Positions 1-7,350 of a stretch of DNA of 64,000 nucleotides are shown here, piece after piece. The notes beneath the pieces were generated by a model. The model saw nothing but the letters and a program-made list of their open reading frames with translations, had not been told where the DNA came from and ran no database searches. This DNA comes from a virus. The stretch's first letter is position 1. Every line of letters starts with the position of its first letter. The DNA lies in IMG/VR virus record IMGVR_UViG_3300037042_004000, positions 10,323 through 74,322 of that record; one strand, 5' to 3'. A program made the translations under genes and the position numbers.

Positions 1-258
1 AATAACAAGGACATGAGCCCATTTTCTTAATTCTATATGCAGGACTGGGTCATCTTTTTGCCATTGATTATCCCATCCATTAGGTCTTTCCCATCGCCAT
101 TCATCATCATCTGTATACATATCTTCCCAGAAATTCATAAATTTCAAGGCACATGGAGTAGTCACAATTTTCACACTTCCCAACTCAGAAAGTGCTTGTC
201 TTGTTTTTTCATAAAGGGTGGTAGCGACACTACCCGTTAGACCTAAAATAATGTTCAT
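1..258 (-). CDS. coaC: Phosphopantothenoylcysteine decarboxylase (HFCD flavoprotein), 5' part; runs off window
   Basis: Not in ORF track; manual translation MNIILGLTGSVAT...DPVLHIELRKWAHVLVI has the GxTGSVA and HIELRxWA motifs of CoaC/Hal3; lies next to coaB. Confidence 0.88.
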   Translation of the reverse strand, partial: MNIILGLTGSVATTLYEKTRQALSELGSVKIVTTPCALKFMNFWEDMYTDDDEWRWERPNGWDNQWQKDDPVLHIELRKWAHVLVI

Positions 259-380
259 TTCCAAGACCTAGACCTAGACCAAGACCTAGACCAAGACCAA
301 GACCAAGACCAAGATGAAGACCAAGATAAAGACCAAGGCCAAAATGGGGACTCAGAATTTATTTTTTGAAATAATTTCAT
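255..380 (-). CDS. 41-aa Ser/Trp/Arg repeat micro-protein
   Basis: Manual translation MKLFQKINSESPFWPWSLSWSSSWSWSWSWSRSWSRSRSWK; AAGGAG upstream; stop overlaps coaC start (ATGA). Confidence 0.65.
   Translation of the reverse strand: MKLFQKINSESPFWPWSLSWSSSWSWSWSWSRSWSRSRSWK
261..341. repeat. Hexamer tandem repeat CC(A/T)AGA
   Basis: About 13 imperfect units read directly. Confidence 0.9.
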
Positions 381-388
381 GTAAGCAA

Positions 389-1135
389 CTACTCCTTAAA
401 TTCTTTTGCCCATCTTGCGGTGCGGCAGATTTTACTAGCGACGTGATTAGGATTATCAATTACACCTTTTTCCAATCTCATTGTATAATCTTTGCCTTTT
501 TGCACAAGATGGAGGACATGGTTTCCTTGAACAATGGATAGCCAATCATTAGCGACTACAATATCGCAATCATTATCTTCGATGCTTTTTCTGGCAGCGG
601 CGATTAATTCTTCTTGGGTAGCACCTACAAGTAATTTAAAGCCGACAAGTAGGGTGGTTGGACACCATTTTTTGACTTGACTAATTAATTTTGGAAGTGG
701 TTTAAGATGGATAGAGAGAGCGTCATTTGAACGAATTTTACCATCAACTACATTTTCTACCCCATAATCGGAGACAGCAGCAGCAAGGACTGTAATATCT
801 GGTTTTTGTTCTACTAGAATTTTTTCTAATAAAGCTGCATATTCATCAAAGGTTTTGTAGATATGTTCAGTATATTTATCTTTTGCGAAATTCCAAAGAC
901 CATGAGCATCCAGTAATTTTCGCATATTAGTTTCATAGTCACTGGATAGGTTTAGATCAATATTTACGGTGAATGGGGAGTTGGATCGTTTAGCTCTAAG
1001 AAAGATAACTTCTTCACCCAATAAGAGTGTTTCATGTGCCAATTGCGCACCAAATGTTCCTTGGCTCATATTGGTGATAGATCTAACTTGGTCGATTTTA
1101 ATCTTTGTTCCGCCAGAAGTGATAAGAACTTTCAT
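389..1135 (-). CDS. coaB: Phosphopantothenate-cysteine ligase, stand-alone
   Basis: ITSGGT..IDQVRSITNMSQG, AAAVSDY, GFKLLV, VVAND motifs. Confidence 0.9.
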   Translation of the reverse strand: MKVLITSGGTKIKIDQVRSITNMSQGTFGAQLAHETLLLGEEVIFLRAKRSNSPFTVNIDLNLSSDYETNMRKLLDAHGLWNFAKDKYTEHIYKTFDEYAALLEKILVEQKPDITVLAAAVSDYGVENVVDGKIRSNDALSIHLKPLPKLISQVKKWCPTTLLVGFKLLVGATQEELIAAARKSIEDNDCDIVVANDWLSIVQGNHVLHLVQKGKDYTMRLEKGVIDNPNHVASKICRTARWAKEFKE

Positions 1136-1350
1136 TTTTTAAATCCTATTTTTGTTTTATTTTTTCCATCTGTTGATATTTCAACATCATCTAGCCATTC
1201 AGATTTTCGGGTTCTGTTGTCCCACCATACAACTTGATATTGAATTCTTCCGCAATATAATGCAATACCTATAATTGTTGCAGGAAATCTATCGCCACCT
1301 AATCCTATCGTTACTTCTTGATTAAGACTCAACACAATTATTTCACTCAT
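1132..1350 (-). CDS. Hypothetical protein
   Basis: ATGA-coupled to coaB. Confidence 0.7.
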   Translation of the reverse strand: MSEIIVLSLNQEVTIGLGGDRFPATIIGIALYCGRIQYQVVWWDNRTRKSEWLDDVEISTDGKNKTKIGFKK

Positions 1351-1351
1351 G

Positions 1352-1543
1352 TTAAAACCTTTTTAAATTCATTGTGAAAGTTGTTTTTTCTTCACTATCT
1401 GACATAGCATTAATTAGAACCTGTGCCTCAAAAACTATGTTCTGCATACGATGACAAACTAATAACGCACTAACAAAATCGTTGTTCCACAAAGTTTTGC
1501 CATAGTCCCTTAGTTCTTTTAGGTGTTCTAGGTAGGTATTCAT
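1352..1543 (-). CDS. Hypothetical protein
   Basis: Tightly packed in operon. Confidence 0.6.
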   Translation of the reverse strand: MNTYLEHLKELRDYGKTLWNNDFVSALLVCHRMQNIVFEAQVLINAMSDSEEKTTFTMNLKRF

Positions 1544-1581
1544 ACTTTTTTAAATCCAATTTTTTATTTTATGCTCGTCTT

Positions 1582-1857
1582 TTATTGGAAATATTTCAAC
1601 TTTTTCACAAAGTCTAGGATTTGCTTGGCATGTAACTCATTAAATACGGTTCTATTTTCATCATCAGGATCTTGTGGATCTTGTTGAGTATTGGTGTAAA
1701 CATCTGCAAACGACAATTGCAAGCAATCTAATTGTTGTGTTTTATTTATTTTTGGCCAATCGGTATGAGAGTCAATAGAAATGCAAATCCACGGTTTATC
1801 GAATGTGAATTTTTGTGCTTCAGATTTTGACAAGATTAAAATTTTTCCGAACCGCAT
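1582..1857 (-). pseudogene. Probably truncated protein-tyrosine/dual-specificity phosphatase-like gene
   Basis: ISI...LSFAD...F...HAKQILDFV pattern of phage PTP-like proteins, but it stops where the HCxxGxxR loop should follow. Confidence 0.5.
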
Positions 1858-2393
1858 TAAAGAAGCCCATCTACGAATGTGATTATTCCTTGTTTTTCCA
1901 TTTCTTGAATTTGCATGTCAAGGTCATGTCCTTCTGGTGTAGACCAATTTACTTCTACCCACAGAAGTTTAAATTCGTCAGCTAATTCTCTTTCAGCACA
2001 TTTTATTTTCTTTTTTGTGTATGTAATGTTATTGGTGAGCCTGGAAACTTCTTGCCATACTTTAGTGGCGTGTGTGAGGTATTCTTTTTTCTCTTTTTTG
2101 CCTTTATTACCTTTCGAAAATGTTATTGCAGGGTCTAGGTAAGGTTCCATAGCAGGCAGATTACAAATTTTTGCAACGATTTCTTCACATTCTTTAATTT
2201 CGGTTTCCCACTCAATAATTTTTGTGAATGGGTTATCACAAATTATTGTAGCATATTTGGAGTTTTTTGTGAGGGTGAGTGGGTCTGGATGACCTCTACC
2301 ACATGCTTCACAATGTTTTATATCTTCGGGTTTCCAAGCAATTACGAAGCTACTGCTGGAGCTATTTGAGACAAAACCTAGTCTAAATTTCAT
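1857..2393 (-). CDS. Hypothetical protein with N-terminal MKxRxGFVSNSSSSSF motif
   Basis: Start reassigned to MKFRLGFVSNSSSSSF after GGGGG; CxxC motif. Confidence 0.8.
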   Translation of the reverse strand: MKFRLGFVSNSSSSSFVIAWKPEDIKHCEACGRGHPDPLTLTKNSKYATIICDNPFTKIIEWETEIKECEEIVAKICNLPAMEPYLDPAITFSKGNKGKKEKKEYLTHATKVWQEVSRLTNNITYTKKKIKCAERELADEFKLLWVEVNWSTPEGHDLDMQIQEMEKQGIITFVDGLL

Positions 2394-2426
2394 AATACCC
2401 CCATTAGTGTGGCAATTCGCCACATG

Positions 2427-2457
2427 AAAACAAAAAGGAATGGCCGAAACCATTCCT
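2427..2457 (-). terminator. Rho-independent terminator
   Basis: AGGAATGG-TTTCGG-CCATTCCT followed by TTTTGTTTT. Confidence 0.8.
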
Positions 2458-2458
2458 C

Positions 2459-2487
2459 ATTATACCACATTTATCACAACTTGTAAA
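2459..2487 (-). promoter_or_regulatory. Sigma70-type promoter for the leftward coaB/coaC operon
   Basis: TTTACA-17 nt-TATAAT with extended TG. Confidence 0.7.
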
Positions 2488-2493
2488 GCTAAA

Positions 2494-2925
2494 TTACGGA
2501 GTGTTTGGGTTGTCTTTTACGATATCCAGACCAAAACCAACAGTCAACACTTCGTACATAAATCTACCAACTTGGCCAGTAGAGCCAGATATGGTTGAAT
2601 AAATGTCAAAGTGGTCAAATTGGTCATTTGTGTCATCATTTTTTACAACATACCAAGCAGTTGCTCGAATGTCGAGTTCATCTCTAGTAAATGGTGTGAG
2701 CATGACGACATATTCTGTTTCGCTTTTTGGAAGTGGACCTTCTGGAAAGTAGACAGTTGCTTGTCCCGCATATTGGTCTGTAGCATGTGCTGTTACAACT
2801 TCCCCAGCCATTACTACGTGTGGACAGAGTTGTGGAACGAAGAAATTTCGTCCATTGCTTGGTCCCTTGAGACCTGAGTTTGTAGCCGATCCTAATCCTA
2901 CGCCTGTTACTGAACTTGCTCCCAT
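2494..2925 (-). CDS. Putative virion beta-sandwich (H-type-lectin/fibre-tip-like) protein, paralog 2
   Basis: Start reassigned to MGASSVTG (AGGAG SD); near-identical ends to 2942-3370. Confidence 0.7.
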   Translation of the reverse strand: MGASSVTGVGLGSATNSGLKGPSNGRNFFVPQLCPHVVMAGEVVTAHATDQYAGQATVYFPEGPLPKSETEYVVMLTPFTRDELDIRATAWYVVKNDDTNDQFDHFDIYSTISGSTGQVGRFMYEVLTVGFGLDIVKDNPNTP

Positions 2926-2941
2926 GATATATTTTCTCCTT

Positions 2942-3370
2942 TTATGGTGTGTTTGGGTTATCTTTAACAATATCGAGACCGAAACCAATTGTTGTTACTT
3001 CAAACATGAATCTACCAATATCTTCGGTTTGTCCGCTAATTGTTGAATAAATGTCAAAATGGTCAAATTGGTTATTTAAGTCATCGGTTTTAACAACATA
3101 GTAATTTGTGGCAACAATATCGCCATCTTCTCTCACTAATGATGTTAGCATTACAACATAATGCACTTCACTTTTAGGAAGTGGTCCTTCTGGGAAATAC
3201 ACAGTGGCTCTTCCGCCAGCTTCTCCCCAAGGAGTTGTTTCAACTTCGCCAGCCATAACAATGTGTGAACAAAGTTGTGGGACAAAGAAATTTCGTCCAT
3301 TACTTGGACCCTTGAGACCAGACTTTTCAGCCGATCCTAACCCTACGCCTGTTACTGAACTTGCTCCCAT
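2942..3370 (-). CDS. Putative virion beta-sandwich protein, paralog 1
   Basis: TVYFP...YVVMLT...FDI...FMF pattern; tandem duplicate. Confidence 0.7.
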   Translation of the reverse strand: MGASSVTGVGLGSAEKSGLKGPSNGRNFFVPQLCSHIVMAGEVETTPWGEAGGRATVYFPEGPLPKSEVHYVVMLTSLVREDGDIVATNYYVVKTDDLNNQFDHFDIYSTISGQTEDIGRFMFEVTTIGFGLDIVKDNPNTP

Positions 3371-3444
3371 AATATTTCCCTATGTTAAAGTCTAAATTTA
3401 TATATGAACACAAAATTAATTTAAAAGTAAAATTTTTCCAAATG

Positions 3445-3657
3445 TCATTTAGTCGTCCTTACATCACATTCTGTATCGTGTTCGCAGATATATTCACAAT
3501 ACATATCACGCATCAGCCAGGCGTATTTTTCAATAAAATCCGCCACAGCATCTTCCTTATTTTCTATATGATTAAACCATTTGTGCTTATCAATGTGTCT
3601 ATTAACAACATTGATTTGAGTATTAAGGAAGTCGATAAAATGGGGGCAAATACTCAT
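3445..3657 (-). CDS. Small Cys/His-containing hypothetical protein
   Basis: Start reassigned to MSICPHF after AGGAGG. Confidence 0.65.
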   Translation of the reverse strand: MSICPHFIDFLNTQINVVNRHIDKHKWFNHIENKEDAVADFIEKYAWLMRDMYCEYICEHDTECDVRTTK

Positions 3658-3820
3658 ATTCCCTCCTACTAAATGAGAAGACACCATTTATATATTACCT
3701 CAGTGAAAACAAAAAGCAAGAAAAATTTTTTGGATTACTATAATAGTATCGACCCTAGACTTATAAAAGCTGGGGTACTGACCGTAATAGTTCGGCAGTA
3801 GAAAACAAAAGGAGATTTTT

Positions 3821-4273
3821 ATGAACCGTAATTTGATGTTGAGAGACCAGTTATTTTCGCCGCTTGAGTTAGTGTTTGATGACTTCTTTAGTAATTTTTG
3901 GAAAAATGGATCTTTAGATAAGATCAAGGCTACTGCTGGCTATCCAAAAATGGACATTGGTAACGAAGGTAGAAATTTTGTAATTCGTGCTGCTGTTCCA
4001 GGAGTTAATGCGGAAGATTTGAAAATAGAATTAGAAAATTCCACAGTTAGAATTAGTGGAAGAATGGCAGAAGAATATTGCACTCCTGAAAATCACCCTT
4101 ACTATGTTAAAGAATTGTGCAAACGAACATTTTCTAGAACAATTACACTTCCAGAAAATGTAAGTGGTGATCCAGAAGCGACAATTAAAGATGGCATCTT
4201 AGTTTTGAAATGGGAGATACCGGAGGAGGTGAATCCTAATGCTCCCCGAATTATTCAAATTAAGAAAGAATAA
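3821..4273 (+). CDS. Small heat-shock protein (Hsp20/alpha-crystallin)
   Basis: YPKMDI, AVPGV, FSRTITLP, ATIKDGIL motifs; AAGGAG SD. Confidence 0.93.
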   Translation: MNRNLMLRDQLFSPLELVFDDFFSNFWKNGSLDKIKATAGYPKMDIGNEGRNFVIRAAVPGVNAEDLKIELENSTVRISGRMAEEYCTPENHPYYVKELCKRTFSRTITLPENVSGDPEATIKDGILVLKWEIPEEVNPNAPRIIQIKKE

Positions 4274-4283
4274 TTCTGTAACT

Positions 4284-4322
4284 AAACACAGGGGACTAAT
4301 TTTAGTCCCCTGTGTTTTTGTT
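4284..4322. terminator. Terminator hairpin between convergent genes
   Basis: Perfect 15-bp stem AAACACAGGGGACTA/TAGTCCCCTGTGTTT. Confidence 0.85.
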
Positions 4323-4649
4323 GAACCATTGTAAAAAAAGACGATAAACCTTTGCATAAGCTCGTCCAAAAGCAGGTCCATGATCGTCTTTATCTGAACT
4401 ATGCCAGGAGAGACAATGACTTGCCTCATGACACACAACTTCCATAGCAAAAATTTCTGGAAGATTTTTATCCACACGAACTAAATATTTTTTTCCATAA
4501 TAACAACAATCTCCCAAAGTGTTTTTTGGACACTTGACTCGTCTTACAGAAAAACTTACAGATAATTTATTTTTTAAAAATCGAACTAGCGAGTAAAATC
4601 TATTTTTTTCAACATATGCTGGCAATTGAGAATATCTGTTATTTCGCAT
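4302..4649 (-). CDS. SprT-like zinc metallopeptidase domain protein
   Basis: HEASH plus HGPAF motif. Confidence 0.7.
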   Translation of the reverse strand: MRNNRYSQLPAYVEKNRFYSLVRFLKNKLSVSFSVRRVKCPKNTLGDCCYYGKKYLVRVDKNLPEIFAMEVVCHEASHCLSWHSSDKDDHGPAFGRAYAKVYRLFLQWFNKNTGD

Positions 4650-4685
4650 TATGCCTCCTTACAAGTTCATAATGTATTTAGAATT

Positions 4686-4729
4686 AAAAAAGCACAGATT
4701 ATTCGCATTTGGAAATAATTTGTGCTTTT
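4686..4729 (-). terminator. Hairpin/terminator downstream of the CCA-like gene
   Basis: AAAAGCACAGATTATT...AATAATTTGTGCTTTT inverted repeat with A-tract. Confidence 0.6.
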
Positions 4730-4767
4730 AAATTGTCGCAAGTCGTTTTGTAGTAATGACTTACATC

Positions 4768-6207
4768 TCATTCGTCTTCATTGTTTACTGGCAACATTTT
4801 CATAAATTTTTCAATTTCCATGTCATCTAGGGCCTTTGGTTTTAATAAATCAGGAAATTGTGCAACATCGTCAAAACTAGCCAAGGGGTTATCATGATCG
4901 GCAAAAGTTTTAACATGGACAGCCCATAAGGGTCGTTTATTTCTGACACGACCTTTAGAATCGGTTATGTTAAACATTTCTACCCAATCTTTAAGTTGGT
5001 CTTTTGATAAACCAGTTCCTTTAAGTGCTTTCAGGAATCTTGGTCGATCTTGTGGAGTAAATTCTTTTAAAAACAACAGGAACAAGACGGCTCTTCTTTC
5101 TTGATCGGACCAACCAGTTTGTTTTTCCGCTCTTGAAGATGCCAAAGTATCAGCTACTTTTTCAATTGGGTTATTTTGTAGTAACCATGCTAATGCCAAA
5201 GACTTATCTCTTTGTTGAGAAAATTGTGGAGGAATATCCATATTAATTTCTATATCAGGAAACAATTTTTTCATAAGCCCTTGATTTTGATATAATTTAA
5301 CATAACGTTTAATATCGGTATCTGGATGTAGCAAACCTTTTAAGAATTCATCTCTTATTTTGGTCATTTCAACACCATCTAAACCTTTATGACGTTCCAT
5401 TGCTTTTTTGATATCTGGATCTAAATCAGCATATTTGCTAAATCTAGAGTGGAATCTAACTGTTCTTAAAACCCTAGAAGGATCTTCTTTAAATCTATCT
5501 TCTGCTTTTCCAACGGCTCTTACCAATTCATTATTAACATCGTGCCATCCTTGTTTAGTTGGATCAAATAGTTTACTATTTTCGCCATCTGATTTACTCA
5601 ATTCTATATAAAGAGCATTGATGGTGAGATCTCTTGTAGCCGCATCGTCAATTGGGTTGTCTACAAAATCATTAGCATCAGCAGTTTCAGTTTTTGGATC
5701 TTTTCTTAATGTTTCTATTACAAATTCTTCTCCATTGACAACAGCACCGATGGAGTAAGGTTTATTTTTACTATTTTTCCCTTTAACCAACCACAATCTC
5801 TTGCTAGATTCTTCGGCTTCTTTTGGGGTAAAAGTTAATTTTAAGTTTGGTTTTTGGCCATCTAATTTGAAGCCAGCCGAATGTAGAATTAAGGCGATTT
5901 GGGCAGGGGTTGCGTTGGTAGCAAGGTGGAAGTCTTGTGGAGACTTTCCTTTTAAAAAGTCTCTCACAGATCCGCCGCACAGAAATAGTGTTTTCTTTGG
6001 CATAGTAACTTCTTTGGAGGTATCATCCATGATTTGAATTTCTGCACTATTTAGAAAAGCATCTATTAATGGTCTCATTTTTGGAGGAGGAATGAACCCT
6101 TTCTCTAATTGGATAAATTCTTTTCTCCAATCTTTGTTGTTATCAGTTTCACTAAACATTTCGTTTTTGGTTTTTACGAAATCTTTAAACGATTTATTTA
6201 TAATCAT
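4768..6207 (-). CDS. Class II CCA-adding enzyme/poly(A) polymerase homologue with degenerate active site
   Basis: GGSVRD, RDLTINAL, EDPSRVLR motifs; DxD reads DFH; start reassigned by ATGA overlap. Confidence 0.85.
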   Translation of the reverse strand: MIINKSFKDFVKTKNEMFSETDNNKDWRKEFIQLEKGFIPPPKMRPLIDAFLNSAEIQIMDDTSKEVTMPKKTLFLCGGSVRDFLKGKSPQDFHLATNATPAQIALILHSAGFKLDGQKPNLKLTFTPKEAEESSKRLWLVKGKNSKNKPYSIGAVVNGEEFVIETLRKDPKTETADANDFVDNPIDDAATRDLTINALYIELSKSDGENSKLFDPTKQGWHDVNNELVRAVGKAEDRFKEDPSRVLRTVRFHSRFSKYADLDPDIKKAMERHKGLDGVEMTKIRDEFLKGLLHPDTDIKRYVKLYQNQGLMKKLFPDIEINMDIPPQFSQQRDKSLALAWLLQNNPIEKVADTLASSRAEKQTGWSDQERRAVLFLLFLKEFTPQDRPRFLKALKGTGLSKDQLKDWVEMFNITDSKGRVRNKRPLWAVHVKTFADHDNPLASFDDVAQFPDLLKPKALDDMEIEKFMKMLPVNNEDE

Positions 6208-6839
6208 GTGCGTTTCCTTTTTCTTCTTAATACTTTGACTGGCGTTTCTTCTGGAGTTTTTTCTGCTGTTCTCCAAGGCTCTATTTGTTTATCGCTATAA
6301 GAAGGATTTTTATAAACTCTTACAACGATTTGAAGAGGTGGTAATCCATCTGTTCCTGGTTTTACACTAAGTAGTTCTGGTTTGGGTGCATATACAGGAT
6401 TTAAGTTAAAATCTTTTATTTGGTTTCTAATTTCGGGAGAAGCAGACCACTTTTGTTTAATTTCTTTCAAAATACCTCTTAATAGAGTTCCGTCATTCAT
6501 TTTAATTTTATTCAATTCCAACCAATCTTGTTCTGCTGTGAATTCAAAAGTTTTGAAATCTTCACCTTCTTTTTTATTAACGTCTCCGTAATATCTCTTC
6601 CAATCAATGCCTTGTGCATAAGCAGGTTGTGAAGATTGTGGAGTGGCAGCATTCATGGCATCTACAGGGCCTTTAAAAATAGCCCCTAATGCTCGGCCAG
6701 CTAAATCTTCTCCTTGATATCCCTTTTCAGCCATGTCTTTTTGCGAAGATTGAGCTTTCCATAATGGTGATTTTGCATAATGAGATCTTGTACCCAAACG
6801 AATAGGAGTTTCACTTAGTATCCAATGTTTAAAATCCAT
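6204..6839 (-). CDS. Hypothetical, putative internal head protein
   Basis: Start reassigned to MDFKHWILSE. Confidence 0.7.
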   Translation of the reverse strand: MDFKHWILSETPIRLGTRSHYAKSPLWKAQSSQKDMAEKGYQGEDLAGRALGAIFKGPVDAMNAATPQSSQPAYAQGIDWKRYYGDVNKKEGEDFKTFEFTAEQDWLELNKIKMNDGTLLRGILKEIKQKWSASPEIRNQIKDFNLNPVYAPKPELLSVKPGTDGLPPLQIVVRVYKNPSYSDKQIEPWRTAEKTPEETPVKVLRRKRKRT

Positions 6840-6885
6840 GTTTAGTTGTTCCAATATATTTAAGCTGCTATTCATATATATTATC

Positions 6886-7350
6886 ATGGACGAAAAAGTA
6901 ATTGAAACAATAGAAGAAGATATTGGAAATCTTATTCCACAAATGAATATCTCGGCACCAGCAATTGTTGAAGAAAAGCAATTAATTGAGGATGAGGCAT
7001 TATTAGGCATTTATAACGAAATTATGGAAGACCTGAGAAAAGATACTGTGCAAATTGATTATTTTATTAATAATTTTGCTGATGGTCTTGCTAATGGTGG
7101 CGATGCATCTACATCAAGTAAAGAAGCGTTGGTAAATCTTTTAAAGATAAAATCCGACATGCCAGATAAAAAAGCAAAGATAGCCGATTTAATGACGAGG
7201 ATTAAATTAAAGCAACCTGATACATATAAGCCATATTTGACAGCTAAACAAGAAAATAAGACAACGATTAATATATCTTCTAGTAAGAAGACTCTTTTAA
7301 AGAAGATACAAAATGCCGCTTTAAAAAACAAAGAGGGAACCGATGAATAA
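6886..7350 (+). CDS. Helical hypothetical protein (possible small terminase-like)
   Basis: CATATATA 5 nt upstream; helical core with TINI...LLKKI tail loosely like T4 gp16; function weak. Confidence 0.5.
   Translation: MDEKVIETIEEDIGNLIPQMNISAPAIVEEKQLIEDEALLGIYNEIMEDLRKDTVQIDYFINNFADGLANGGDASTSSKEALVNLLKIKSDMPDKKAKIADLMTRIKLKQPDTYKPYLTAKQENKTTINISSSKKTLLKKIQNAALKNKEGTDE

Noticed and set aside
261-341. Possible CRISPR array or DGR in the repeats (also 29533-29644, 36090-36161)
   Set aside because: No unique spacers, in-frame coding repeats, no reverse transcriptase
314-541. Plus-strand MKTKIKTKAK ORF
   Set aside because: Antisense shadow of the Ser/Trp repeat and coaB; the minus-strand ORF has the SD and coupling
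3243-3252. 10-nt match (ACTTCGCCAG) to the predicted TnpB guide
   Set aside because: Too short, not preceded by TTTAT, plausible by chance
2494-3370. DGR template/variable pair
   Set aside because: Both are full ORFs and the differences are not adenine-specific
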